From Gnetum montanum (Eukaryota; Plantae; Gnetophyta), in the NCBI GenBank assembly GCA_015680685.1, contig MNCI01000135.1, forward strand, positions 269,424 to 333,423: a DNA stretch of 64,000 nucleotides, given 5' to 3'. Both the position numbers and the translations under genes were made by a program. Below the pieces are notes generated by a model. It searched no databases, was not told the DNA's origin, and worked only from the letters and a program-made list of their open reading frames with translations. The stretch's first letter is position 1; each line of letters begins with the position of its first letter. Positions 51,600 through 64,000 of the stretch are shown here, one piece after another.

Positions 51600-54500
51600 T
51601 ATGTACACATATTAATTTTTATAGAAATATTTAATTCATGGGAAATTGTCCAAAATAATGTTTTATATGTAAAACATTATATGGAAACTGAAATTTCATA
51701 CCATTAGATACTAGTTCTTCAAGTAGGCCAAAATGACTTAAGATCTGATCTTCCAAAAACTTGATTACATCTAATGTTGAACTTCTTCTTAGAGCTTTCA
51801 TTTCAGATCATTTAGTGAAGTAATCAATAGCTGTGAGAATAAACTTATGTCCAACTCTTGAAGGAGTAATTGTACCAATGAAATCTAAATCCCATTGCTG
51901 AAATGGTCTATCCACAATTACTAGTTTTAAGGGGGCTCTAGCCTTTTTAATTTTTGGTCCATGGATTTGACATTTATAACATCTTTGTATTTTCAAATAA
52001 ATATCTTGATACATACTAGGCTAATAATACCCATATTGAAGTATATGTTGCATAGTTGATTTAGGGGATTCATAAAATAAATTAGCAAGATTGTGGAATT
52101 GTTCTAAGATGAGACCAATTTGATTATTATGAACGCATTCCAACAAAACCCCTCTAAAATCATTTTTGTATAACATACCATCTTAACTATAAATTTACAT
52201 ATTTTCTTGAAGAAAGCTCTTTTTTGACTTATAGTTAAATTATTCTGGAATTCCCTTGTATTTATAAAATTTAAAAATTCATCATACCAATTTTCCTCCT
52301 GAGTATCAAGTGTACATACTTCATTTTCTCTAGCTATTAATTTGGCTAATCCCATTTCCTTAACTGTTTTACATATTTCTAATGAAAATTTGAAACCTTG
52401 AAGCTTTATAAGCCACTTTCCTCTTTTCAATCCGATTTCATTTTATCCTAAGAATTGTTTGACTATGGGTTTGATTAGCATAATATGAATTAATGAATTT
52501 TCTAGATAATATTTAAAATAATAAAGTGCTTTAATGACCTTGAATGCTTGTTTTTCCAAATCTGAATAATTTAGTTTAGAACTTTTCAACTCGATACCTA
52601 AAAAATCCAATTGGTTCATCCTACCCTTCATTTTTCTAAGTTAAGACGGTAGCAATGGAATCATTAGAAGCAAAAGAACATAGCCAAAAATCTTCCTTTA
52701 ATTTAGGTTTAGTCAAATATGGAGCTTCTTGAATAGCCCTTTTAATTTCTACTAAAGCTTTCTCTAATGTTGGTGTTTTCTTTACTTGAATGTCTTTCTT
52801 TAGCATCTATATTAAAGGTTTTAGTAATTTTGATGAATCCAGGGATAAATCTCTTAACGAAATTTATCTTTCCAAAGAAAGATCTAAGAGATTTTTTACT
52901 TTTAAGATGCTCAATATTCTGTACTGCTTGGATTCAATAATTATCTATAGCAATTCCTTTTCGACAGATCACATGGCCTAATAAACTCCCAGATTTAACT
53001 CCAAATATACACTTCTTAGGGTTTAATGAAATACCATACTCATGACATCTATCAAAAACTTGTTGGAGATGACCAATATAATCTTGTTTTCTTTTTGAAA
53101 ATATGGTAATGTCATTCAAATAAACCATAACAAATTCACAAATTAGACCTTTAAAAGCTAAATTTATTCCTTTTTGGAAAGTAGCTCCAACATTCGACAA
53201 TATAAATGGCATTCTTTGGTAAGAGAAAGTTCCCCATTTGGTGATAAATGCTATCTTATATCTATATTTTTATCTACCATGATCTGATTATAGCCTAAAA
53301 GACCATCTAAGAAAGAATATACTTGACAACTTGATACCTTAATCAACATCTCATCAACTTTAGAAAGTGGATATTTATCCTTCTCTAAAGCTTCATTCAA
53401 ATTCCTAAAGTCTACACAAAGCCTAATATTACCATTTTTCTTTCTTATTGGAACAAGGTTAGTAAGCCATGTCAAATATCAGATTGGGTATATGATTTGG
53501 GCTTATAATAACTTCTTGATTTCAACTTCCATAGCTAGTTCAAATGATGGATTGAATTTCCTTTGTTTTTACTTAACAATTTTACAACCTTCTAGTAGAG
53601 TAATTTTATGTATCATCACATCTATTCTAAAAGCTTTAAGATCATCATAAGACCAAGAAAAATTGTCTAAATTATTTTTTAGAAGCGATAATAAGTTTTT
53701 CTTGAAAACTAAATTCTTTTCCTTTGTGATATTTAACATCTTGGGCATTTCATTAGATCCAAGATTTACTTCTTCGAAAGCTTGATCATTGGAATTTTGT
53801 ATATCCTTTCTAGTAAAAAACTTTTTTTCAAACTCATGTTCATAATCAAGTACCCTTTTAGGAATAAAATTTGCCTTAGATTTTGACATTGTCTTAGGTA
53901 TGACTTGACCTTTGAATTCTTGTTTGTCTTTCATGAACCTAAGTATTTGATCATCGTCTTCAAATACCTACAAATGTTTTATGTTATCCAGTACTGATGG
54001 TTGATGTTCTTTTTCAATCATTACATGTCCATATCTTTCTATCTTTTACATATCTAATGTTAAAGCTGCTTTTACTAAGTCATCTACTATATAATTACCT
54101 TCTCTACCTATATATTCTATCTAGTAGTGTTGAAACTATTCTAACATTTTGCAAACAAGTTGTTTATAAGGTTGTAAAAATGAACTCTTCACTATGAAAT
54201 TACCTTTATCTTGTTCACAAACTAATCTTGAATCTTCCTTTATATTGATTACCTTGATTTCTTTTTCCAAATCTATTCTAGTACCAATACACAAATCTTC
54301 ATATTCAGCCTTGTTATTAGTATAAGGAAAAGACAGATGAATTGCCTTTATAATTTCTAGTGAATTGTTTCTTACTATAACTATTCCAACTCTTGCATCT
54401 TTAGAATTACATGAGCCATCAAAGTACAATTCCCATTTTTTTTCATCTTTAAATTGCTCTATTTCAAAATAATAAGTTTCTTGGAGTGTACAAATTTTAT

Positions 54501-54960
54501 TTTCAAAATCTCCTTTTTCAACCATTTTATTTTTTCCATTTGAAGTAATATTATCAATCATCAAAGGTTTACTATACACATATATTTGGTTTGGTTCTCC
54601 TTTCCAAGGTAGCCACATGTGTGAATAATCTGTTGATATGTAACCTAATAAATTTTTACTCCAACTTCTACTCAATAAGAGGCTATATGAGTTTGGTATA
54701 TCTACCACTTGAATAGTTACTCTACTTTTAACATGAGGTTTAGAAGCATTTTTTAATAGAACATTTGGTAATTGATCCATAATCTTCACTATACTCTTGT
54801 CCACTTGAACAGTCTTTTTATTTGATTTTTTAGGAATCAAACCAAGTTTCTTGCATATGGACAATGGCATTATAGTAGATGTGGCTCAAGAATCAACCAA
54901 ACAATTTTGCAGATATTTATCCTTTAACTTCATTATCAATAGAAAAGGAGGAGCTTATTT
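51600..54960 (-). pseudogene. pol: pol of D: PR, aRH, RT, RH and partial INT
   Basis: CLVDS*A / SLLLSRSW; WELYFDGS..TNNKAEYE..EDSRLV; LCVDFRNLN, FLDGLLGYNQI, VYLNDIT; YSDLEKQ; CYKCQ..WDLDFIG..IDYFTK. Confidence 0.95.
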
Positions 54961-54973
54961 ATTAGGAATACAA

Positions 54974-56565
54974 TCATAACCATGCTTTGATTTTTTCATC
55001 ATTATTAGATACATAACTTAAGTCTAATTCTCTAACTCTCCTTTTACCTTTAATAAACTCTAAAGCCTTTCTTTGTTGATCCCCTATGTGTAGTAATTGA
55101 TATATGCTAATATTGGCCTTGACACGTTTAAAATCTTCAATCAAATCATATTCCGCATCTCCAATAAAGCTTGGTTTCTTTATCCTTTTATTGAAAGGTT
55201 GACTTGAAGTGCTTTGCTCTATTTGATCTTCTTTATTCTTATTTTTCTCTCTTCTACTTGGCTCAAAAGCTTTTCCTTTAGTATATGGATCAACAATAAT
55301 GTTTGGAGGTCTAGAAGTATTTAGTCTTTCATTCAATCTTAGATTATATCCATTTTCATCATTGTTATTACACTCCTCTTCCAAGGATATATCTTCTTCA
55401 GAACTTGATATAGAGGAAGTATCATTAGACTCAAAATTAGAAGATTTGCTTACATAATGAACACTAGATAGCTCATTATCAAATTCAATATTAAGAAAAT
55501 TAGACACAACAAGGTCACTATCATCATCATCTTCTACTAACTTAGTGTCTTGATATTTATGCTTTCGATTTTTCTTTTCTTCCTTGATATTAACTCTTGC
55601 CAAGGCTTTATCTAGTTTTACTAATTTTTTGGACATATCTCACATTAATTTTCCTTTTTCAAATTCTCTTGCTTTAGGTTCTTGCTATGTTTTAATATGA
55701 GATGGGCCTAGTAAATCTTTAAACTAAGAAAAATATTGCATAGGAATCATAACTTTTTCTTCTTCTTTTTGAGTTATAGCAATCTCTTCATGATTCAAGT
55801 TTAACTATTTTTCTAACTGTATAGCCTCATTAAAGTAGTCATTTATTGTAGTTAAGTTCAAAATTCTTCTTAACAAAATTGAAATGTTTGGATTGACAGC
55901 ATTTCATTTGATGGCCTATATTGTCTTTGAAACAGCCCACAAATTCATTGAAATTTGATGTTAAAATCTCTAATTGATTCTTTGACTCCTTACTTAGCCT
56001 GTATTAGCCCAGAATATAGTTGTTGTTGATCTAAATGATCACCAAATTAGGCTAAGAAGAGACTTTTCATATCATCCCAACTTGTAATGCTATTGCTTGG
56101 CAAGTTTGAGTACCAAATCTAAGCCAAATCCTTTAGATTTGCTACAAATAATCTACAAGCTTGATCTTAGTGTTGAACATTTGCATGAGCTAAAGCTAAC
56201 TCAAACATGTGAATATAATCTTCAACTAAATAAATTTTTCTAGGAATAAAAGGCTTAGGAAAATATTTTAAAACTTCTTTAGGAATATCATTATAGTTTT
56301 AAAACCCTAATGGTGTGAATCTTTACCAAGGATTTTCCATCTTATTCCTTTGGATTTTTGAACTCTTACAGTTCTTAGATCTTCTCTTATAAACTAAGAA
56401 ACCAGATAGAAGGGGAGATCTTCTCAACATTCGAGTCTTTAATCCACTACTTGTTTCAAACTCAAAAACTTTCTTTTGTTCTTCTTCTGATCAAGAATCA
56501 GTCTTATAATCAAGAAGTTCCTTTGAATATTTGAAATCTTCCAAACTATCAATCTTTTTGGTCAT
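54974..56565 (-). pseudogene. gag: gag of D
   Basis: Closely matches gag of E (ALAHANVQH.DQACRLFV..L...W). Confidence 0.9.
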
Positions 56566-56667
56566 GAATTGAAAATAGAATCTAGTTTCTTAAGGCTTTA
56601 TAGTAACAAATAATTGTTGGTATGCTAGAACTATCAAGCTTATGAACATTGAGGATAAATTTTTAGG

Positions 56668-56684
56668 CCCTCCTTTTAGTGCCA
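56668..56684 (-). promoter_or_regulatory. PBS of D (tRNA-Asn)
   Basis: Reverse complement TGGCACTAAAAGGAGGG next to the 5' LTR. Confidence 0.85.
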
Positions 56685-56691
56685 AAAGGAC

Positions 56692-58410
56692 TATTGGCAA
56701 CCATTTTGGATGTAACTACTAATGAGTTGCCTCAAATAGGATTTAGGTGCTTGCTGGTCTCTGGCAACAACAAGGCCTAGATAACTCAAAATAGACTCAG
56801 TAATTAAATGTGAATATGTGTTTGCTATTGCAAATGTTGAAATAGTTGGATTGCATATAAAACTGTAGTTAGCTATCATGAAAGATATTCAGCCAACTTT
56901 GTAAAATACTATGAATTATTAGAGATTCCTATTTTATTTGATCACTTAGTATATACGGTCCTTATAATACCTACTTGCAACAAATAAAATTGTGCAAAAA
57001 TCATTCGAGCACAACTCTATCAATCTACACCTAATTTCCCCTAGAGAGAGAAAGTTCCACAAGGAAACTAGAAATAGAGCAAGATTCAATGGAAAGAGAG
57101 AAAAGAAAGCTAATTTATGTAAAAATCTCAAATATTTAAGCAAGGTAAATTGATATGAGGAAATAGTTCACAATAAAGTTATCCCTAATTTAACATCTAT
57201 GAATTGTTCAAACTTTATAGGCTCAAACAAGCAATTTCTTAAAGACAATTCTATTATACTACCAAAAATTACTACATATACTACCACATACGAGTCTCTA
57301 TTTTGGCTAGATAATAGTTGTCAACAATTGCATACAATAGAGCTTTCAAATATTTGACAATTTTTTATTGAAATACCAAGGGAATATATTTTAAAAATTA
57401 AAAGCTATTTCAATCCTATCAAAATACCAAAGATTCTTTTAAACCCCTCTAGACTATTGAATTGCTGAACTGGCTTGTCTATAGTAGAGGCTCTCTTACA
57501 ACAAACCTAATAGCAACCTTAAACATTACATAATAATAAAATTTTCTATTAAATTTCTCTTGCGATTTTCCAACATAAGTTCTTCTATGGCAAATATTAA
57601 TAAGAGTCTACTATCAGGAAACAAAGAACTATAAAAGTGATCCAAAAATCCCAAATTTAATTGCCAAGCATAATACTACCTAAACCACTAGCTATGCAGC
57701 CTAAACAAAACAAGAAAGAATGAACTCACAGGATTAAACAAAGTAGCCTAAATAATATCTATAGCAAGTCATCTTCTAAGCAATTTTCCAAAATGTCCTC
57801 TTAATTCTTCCCCTTCAAAAAGCCCTTTACATTCTATCCTTGAAGCCTTTTTATAGTGGCTTCAAGTAGTTAAAATTATTATCTAGGTTGGTTGTAACCA
57901 CTATACAAAAAAAATTCTATACTTGACATATGTGTGGTAGTTACAACCACCATGGACACTAGGAAGCTATAGTTGATAAGTACCTAGTAGTTACATCCAT
58001 AATGGTAGTTAATTGTAACTACTATAGAGAAAATAGTTATGGTGGCCAAATGCCCCATTTTCCCCTAAATAATAGCTCTCTCTCTTTTAAAAAACATGCA
58101 TAGAGAAAAACTAATTATATTAATGGTTCTACTATCAATTTAAAAAAAAATCTCTAAAGCATGAAATTTCATAAGGTAATGTCTCTTCGTATGGAAAATG
58201 CAACCACATTTACCAAAAAATTACAGACCTAAAGTTTTTCTTTTTTTCTTGGACTTAGTAATCAATTTAAACAAAACATTCAACCACCAAAACCCTCCCA
58301 GCTAGCATTGTACATGTCCTCCACTACTATTGCATCATCCATTGTGTTCTCTACCACCCAACTATAGGGAGACATGTTTCTATCCTCTAGTAGATCATGT
58401 GTCAACAACA
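56692..58410 (-). repeat. 5' LTR of D
   Basis: Homologous to 47604-49344 and adjacent to the PBS. Confidence 0.93.
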
Positions 58411-60485
58411 TTGTGTTGGCACATTTTGGCCATTTCATGGAACAACAAAACAAGACACTCGCAAAAGGAAATATTTTAGATAACTAATCTATTTTGAGAC
58501 CTCTGGAAAAATATGAAAAATGCTAAAAAAAAAACTGGAAAGGTCTCAAATTAAAAAAATCTGAGATTGATGTTGTTGCACAGGATAAAAGAAGAAGTGG
58601 TTAGAATCGGGTTTTTACTATATTGTACAAATTTAATTTTTCCTTCACTGACAGACCTATAAAATCAAGCCACTGATCCATACTACATCGCAAAAAGGTT
58701 ACAGTGGAAAGAAAGATTGTAGAAATAGGGTTTGGTGAAAGGTTTTGGAGTGTAGTTGTGACAGTATGTCAAGGAACTCGAGCTGATATTGCTACCAGTG
58801 CCATGTTCAATCCACAGGCCACACGGCTATAGCACAGACCCATGTTGCCCCTTTTGTAAGACATCATTTCTAGTTTCCTACGTAGAAGATGCGCAGTTAA
58901 ATTTCGCATAACAGTAGGAAAATTGCAGATAGTAGAGTTCAATCACATGCTTTCAGGATCCTCTACAGGACCAGTAACCACCAGAAAAGTCCACATTATT
59001 GATCTGTTCTTGTTTGCCGCTTTCTTTGATATTTCCTTATCCTAGACAAACATAAAATTGGAGAGTGTCAATGGATAATGACCAAACATGACTGCAATGA
59101 AAAGGGCTTTGGTTCCAGTTGGTTCCATGCATCTGCAACCTGGAACGCGGTGTTTTCTACTATGCTTCTGTACAAATGCAATTCCATGGGACGTACACAA
59201 GGTTTTTGATATACTATTTCTGCAGAACCATAAATATACTTCTTCACTGCAGTAGCAGCAATCCACAAGCTAAGAACCAAACAAGGATTTACCGATGAGG
59301 TTATTCCTGCTGTAACAGTTAACCTACTATACCTTGAAGGAACCTGCATAGCTCTAGATCAATGTTATGATTTGCTCAGCTACGAATTCTTCATTGTACA
59401 ACACAGAATAAACAAGCAAGCGGCAATAGGCCCATCATATTTGCACCAGCGGTTTTTTAATCAAGTCATGAATCATGGAAGTTTCAACACAAAAAATATC
59501 CAGATTCCAATAATTATGATACATAACCTACCTGTAGCATTCCAAGAGTTGCAACTCTGGGTATAAAGATTTTGAAGAAATTCGCCCCTCCTGGTCACAA
59601 ATAGACAGTGCTTTGCCTACAAAGTGGCCATGATGTCCCAATGAAATGAAGTAATGATTGAAGCTCCGAACCGGATGAGATCTTCACAACAAAAGGTTCT
59701 TCTATTGAACATTCCAAGCCTAACAAATCATATAGCGATCATAAAAGAGACTGACAACTTCTTGGATTCAAAAGAGCCACTTGCCTAGGCCTTATTTTGT
59801 GGTAGCGGATGGGGTGGAAACAACACTAAGGATTGATGAAATGAAAATGTTGAAGTTAATAGGATAGATGCATGTTTTTAAACATAGAACAAAGACAACG
59901 TAGACAAAACCAGTGGCCAAAAGTGAAGCCAATCTACAACAAACGCCAAAGAAACACAAATGGGCATTGCCTGTACATAGCAGCATCTCGATGGCAATGG
60001 TTAAAGACTGATGCCTGGGACAAAGGGTTCAGGAGAATTCCATTAACAAAAATTTTATATTTTGGATAAGTACAAATAATAAATTCATCATTGGAGATTG
60101 TGAGAGAAATAACGTGCCTGCATCCAGTGGCACCGTTGCTGGTTATACACTTAACCAAGGAGACCTGCACCATTAACGGTTACCATTTTGGTGGATGCTA
60201 GAATTGCAATGAATTTTTTATCCGCGAAGATGAAGGTAACATCAACACGTTACCTCCTTTGGTTAAAACAAGCCAAAGCTGATGCCACTGCTGATGCCTG
60301 CTATTATGACGGTCCTGTTAGAAAAAAATGGAGACAACATTGTTTCAGATGTCAAATGCAGCTACAACCACTTGTTTTTTTGTTTAAAATAATATGAGAA
60401 ATTCAAGGAAGAAGGAATAAAGAAACATAGGACAGAACTGTCATAAGCTCTGCATCAATGATACCTTGGGTTTCACAATGGCAAG
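58411..60485 (-). other. Non-TE island with spliced-transcript signatures (host gene fragment or lncRNA)
   Basis: CpG retained. Minus-strand sites AAG|GTATCA ~60464, TAACAG| ~60315, GAG|GTAACG ~60253, GTGCAG| ~60165, CAG|GTAGGT ~59531, ATGCAG| ~59344. No recognisable protein. Confidence 0.5.
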
Positions 60486-63400
60486 TGTTGTTATGGATAC
60501 AACTATTTTAAGAAAGGTTCCCTCAACCATTATCCAAAACTATAGCATAGAGAAATTAAATTAAAATTAATCAATTAAGACATACATAGTGTTAGAGATA
60601 CTTTGACAATATTGCATTGAAAAAGAGAAAAGAAATTTTTGGGATATTTGTGTAACTAAAAGGGGGCATTTAGATAATATTCATTTTATGATAATTATAG
60701 CTAATGCTAAATTACTTTCATGAGAATTACTAGGGCTTAATGATATTTAGTAATTAAAATCCTAAATAAAATAATTAAAATAAATTCGGAATCTTGGATT
60801 TATTTTAAAAATTTATTATATAGGCTATTGCTTTTAAAAAAAATATTTGTAATATTTACACATGCTAATGTTAGCATGATTTTCTCCTAACTTTATGTAC
60901 AAGTTACAACTTCCTAACTTGTTGGGCAAGTTATAACTTTCTTACTTGGGAGAGAAGTTAGCTAAGATATTTTGGAATACCTAACTACCTTTTGAACCCT
61001 ATAAAAAGGCTTCAAGGCTTAAAAGAAGAAAAAACTATTAGCTCTCACTTGGAGACACACTTTGGGTCTTGGGAAGAGCATTGTAAAGAAGGAATTGTGA
61101 AAGATTGCTTGTAAGATGATTTGCTAAAGACAACATTTCAACCTCTTTGTCATAGTCCTATGAGTTGTGCTTATTTCTTTTTATTTTGTTTAAATTTTTT
61201 AGCTAGTGGTTTAGATAGTATCATGCTTGGCAAGTAATTTTGGGATTTTTAGATTGCTTTTATTGTTCTTGTTGCATAATAGAAGATTTCTATTAAAATT
61301 TTTCCATAGAAGCGCTTGTGTTTGAAAGCCCTAAGAGCATTTTAGTAGTAAATTTTATTATTGTGCAATGTATAAGAACCACTATTGAGATTTTTGTAAG
61401 AGAGCCTCTTCTTGTAGTCAAGCCGTTGAACGATTCAATAGTCAAGAGGGTTCAAAAATTCTTTGGTATTTTGATAGGACCAGAATAGCTTCTTTTATCT
61501 TTAAAGTGAATCTCCGTGGTATTTTAATAACAAATTGTCAAGTATTTTGAAGGTTCTGTTGAATGCAATTGTTGACATCCATTATCTAGCCAAAATGGAA
61601 TCTCGTATGTGATAGTTTACACAACAATTTCTTAGTAGCATAGAGGATTGTCTTGAAGAAATTACTTATTTGAGCCTTGGAAGTTTGAAAAATTTGTAGT
61701 TATTGAATTTGGGATAGCTTTATTGTGATGTGTTTACTCGTATCATTTTACCTTGTTTAAATATTTTAGGTCTTAACACAAATCTTCTTTCTTTTCTATC
61801 TATTTTCATTAAATCTCACTCTATTTCTAGTTTTCTTGTGGAACTATCTCTTTCTCTGGGGAAAATTAAAAGTAGATTCGTAGAGTTATGCTCAAATGTT
61901 TCTACAAAAATTTATTTTTTACAAGTAGGTATTATAAGGACTGCATAGACTAGGCAATTAAACAAAATAGGAATTCGCAACAACTCACAGTACTTGGCAA
62001 AGTTGGCCGAATCTCTTTAAGATAAGTCATTTGTAGTTTACACACAATGCAATCATTTCATTTTTCACAACCACACACTGCAACAGCACACACACATACT
62101 CACATTAACTACTGAGTGTATTTGGAGGTATCTGGGCCTTGGTGTTGCCAGAGATCAGCAAGCACCTAAATCCTGTTCGAGGACACACCATTGGCGGTCA
62201 CATCCCAAACGGTCGCCAACAGTTCTTTTGGTGCTAGAAGGAGGGCTAAAAATTTAGCCTCTAATTTCATAAGCCTTATAATTTTAGCACATCAACCATT
62301 CTTTGTTACTAGAAAGGCTTAAGAAATTAGATACTATTTTCAGTTCATGATCAAGAAGATTGATAGTTTGGAAAATTTAAAAGTTTCAAAAGATATTCTA
62401 GATTCTAAGACTGATTCTTCATTAGAAAAAGGACAAAAGAAAGTTTTTGAATTGGGAACAAGTAGTGGAGTGAAAACTAGAAGATCAAGAAGATCACCCA
62501 TTATATCTAGTTTATTGATTCATAAGAGAGGATCTAGAAAGTCTAAAAGTTTAACTATCCAAAGGAATAGGATGGCAAATCCTTGGCAAAGAGTTACACC
62601 ATTAAGATTTCAAAATTACATTGATATTCCTAAGGTAGTTTACAAATATTTTCCTGAGCCTTTCATTCTTGGAAAAGCTTATTTAGCTGAAGAATGTATT
62701 CATATGTTTGAGTTAGCTTTAGCTCATGCAAATATTCAACATCAAGATCAAGCTTGTAGGTTGTTTGTATCAAATTTAAAGGATATGACTCAGATTTGGT
62801 ATTTGAACATACCAAGTAATAGTATTACAAGTTGGGATGACATGAAGAATCTTTTCTTGGCCCAGTTTGGTAATCAATTAGATCAACAACAACTATACTG
62901 TGGGTTGATACAAGCTAAGCAAGGAGTTAAAGAGTCAATTTGAGATTTTAACATAAAGTTTCAACGAATTTTTGTACTCTTTCAAAGACAATATAGACCA
63001 TTAGAAGAAATTCTTAAAGAAAATTATCGTAAGGCTATCAACACCAACATCTCAATTTGGTTAAGAAAAACTCCAAACTTAACTACACTAAATGACTACT
63101 TTAGTGAAGCTATACAATTAGAAAAATATTTGAACTTGAATCCTGAAGGAAATATTACAATTCAAAAAAGAGAAGAAATAGTTATGATTCCTACACAAGA
63201 TTTTGCTCAATTTAAAGCTTTACTAGGTCCATCTCATGTTAAGATAGAGCAAGAACATGAAAGAGTAGAATCTAAAATAGGACAATTAATGAGAGATATG
63301 TCTAACAAGATAGTGAAGCTTGAAAAAGCCTTGGCAAGAGTTAATATCAAGGAAGAAAGGAAAAATAGAAAGCATAAACATCAAGACACTAAGTTAGCAG

Positions 63401-64000
63401 AAGATGAGGGTGAAAGTGATCTTAATATGTCCAACTTTCTTGATATTGAATCTGATAATGAGTTATCTAGTGTTCATTATGTAAGTAAATCTTCTAGCAA
63501 TGGATCTAGCAATACTTCTTCTCTATCAAGTTCTGAAGAAGATATGTCTTCAAATGAAGAATGTAATAACAATGAGGAAAATGGATATAATCTCCGATCA
63601 AAAGAAAGATTAACTACTTCTAGATCCCCAAATGTTATTACTGATCCATCTACTAAGAGAAAAGCTTTTAAGCTGAGTAGAAGTGATAAGAATAAAGGTA
63701 AAGACAATCAAGTGGAGAAAAGCACTCCAAATCAGTCTTTTAATAAATAGATAAGAAAACCAAGCTTTATTGGTGATGGAGAGTATGATTTGATTGAAGA
63801 CCTTAAACATGTCAAAGACAATATTAGCTTTTATCAGTTGCTTCAAATAGGAGATCAACAAAGAAAGGCTTTAGAGTTCATTAAAGGTAAAAGGAGAGTT
63901 AAAGAATTAGAGTTAAGTTATGTGTCTAATACTGATGAGAAATTAAATACCTCGTATGATAAGGAAGCTCCTCATTTCCTTTTGAAAATGAAATTAAAGG
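60486..64000 (+). mobile_element. Element E: D-family Tat element (5' LTR, PBS, gag), runs off the window
   Basis: LTR 60486-62221 (TGTTG...CAACA, about the same length as the D LTRs); PBS TGGTGCTAGAAGGAGGG at 62229-62245. Confidence 0.92.
62347..64000 (+). pseudogene. gag: gag of E (in-frame stops at ~62941 and ~63748)
   Basis: Retrotrans_gag-like QACRLFVSNLKD..QIWY..IP.NSITSWDDMKNLFL.QF. Confidence 0.92.

Larger units (their letters stand above)
47604..58410 (-). mobile_element. Element D: Tat element with aRH between PR and RT (TatII-type order), two LTRs, truncated INT
   Basis: LTRs 47604-49344 and 56692-58410; PBS 56668-56684; order gag-PR-aRH-RT-RH-INT; no TSD. Confidence 0.92.

Noticed and set aside
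59370-59445. Intronic C/D snoRNA candidates (ATGATG...CTGA on the minus strand; also ~60028-60092)
   Set aside because: No convincing terminal stem or recognisable rRNA guide; the motifs are likely chance in AT-rich introns.
60262-60314. TVIIAGISSGISFGLF resembling an SDR Rossmann motif
   Set aside because: Flanked by in-frame stops, with no further SDR motifs.
58411-60485. Inversion between the facing D and E LTRs explaining the missing TSD
   Set aside because: The inner flank of E (GCAAG) does not match the outer flank of D (TTTTC) in either orientation.

Overview
AT-rich, CpG/CHG-depleted eukaryotic DNA, most likely plant. A gymnosperm-like genome is inferred from the retroelement types. 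It is almost entirely a nest of decayed Ty3/Gypsy Tat-superclade LTR retrotransposons, all primed by tRNA-Asn. Element A (5215-23697, +) is full length with an ATGAT target-site duplication. B (~25506-29464, +) is an LTR plus gag, interrupted by C (~29465-47603, +). C is interrupted in RT by D (47604-58410, -; order gag-PR-aRH-RT-RH-INT plus an extra ORF). E (60486->64000, +) is a D relative running off the window. A 2 kb non-TE island with spliced-gene signatures lies between D and E. The main finding is in A and C. In both, protease and RT are separated by a multi-kb GT...AG intron, and that intron contains an antisense, multi-exon accessory gene with conserved intron positions. The gene encodes an FCP1/NIF (HAD-fold) phosphatase-like domain with decayed catalytic motifs, followed by a PMD/Transposase_32-like domain and a coiled-coil. 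Its promoter region carries the same 10-N12-10 palindromes as the LTRs. All coding regions are now disrupted by stops and frameshifts. Domain calls come from my motif recognition by eye, not from searches.
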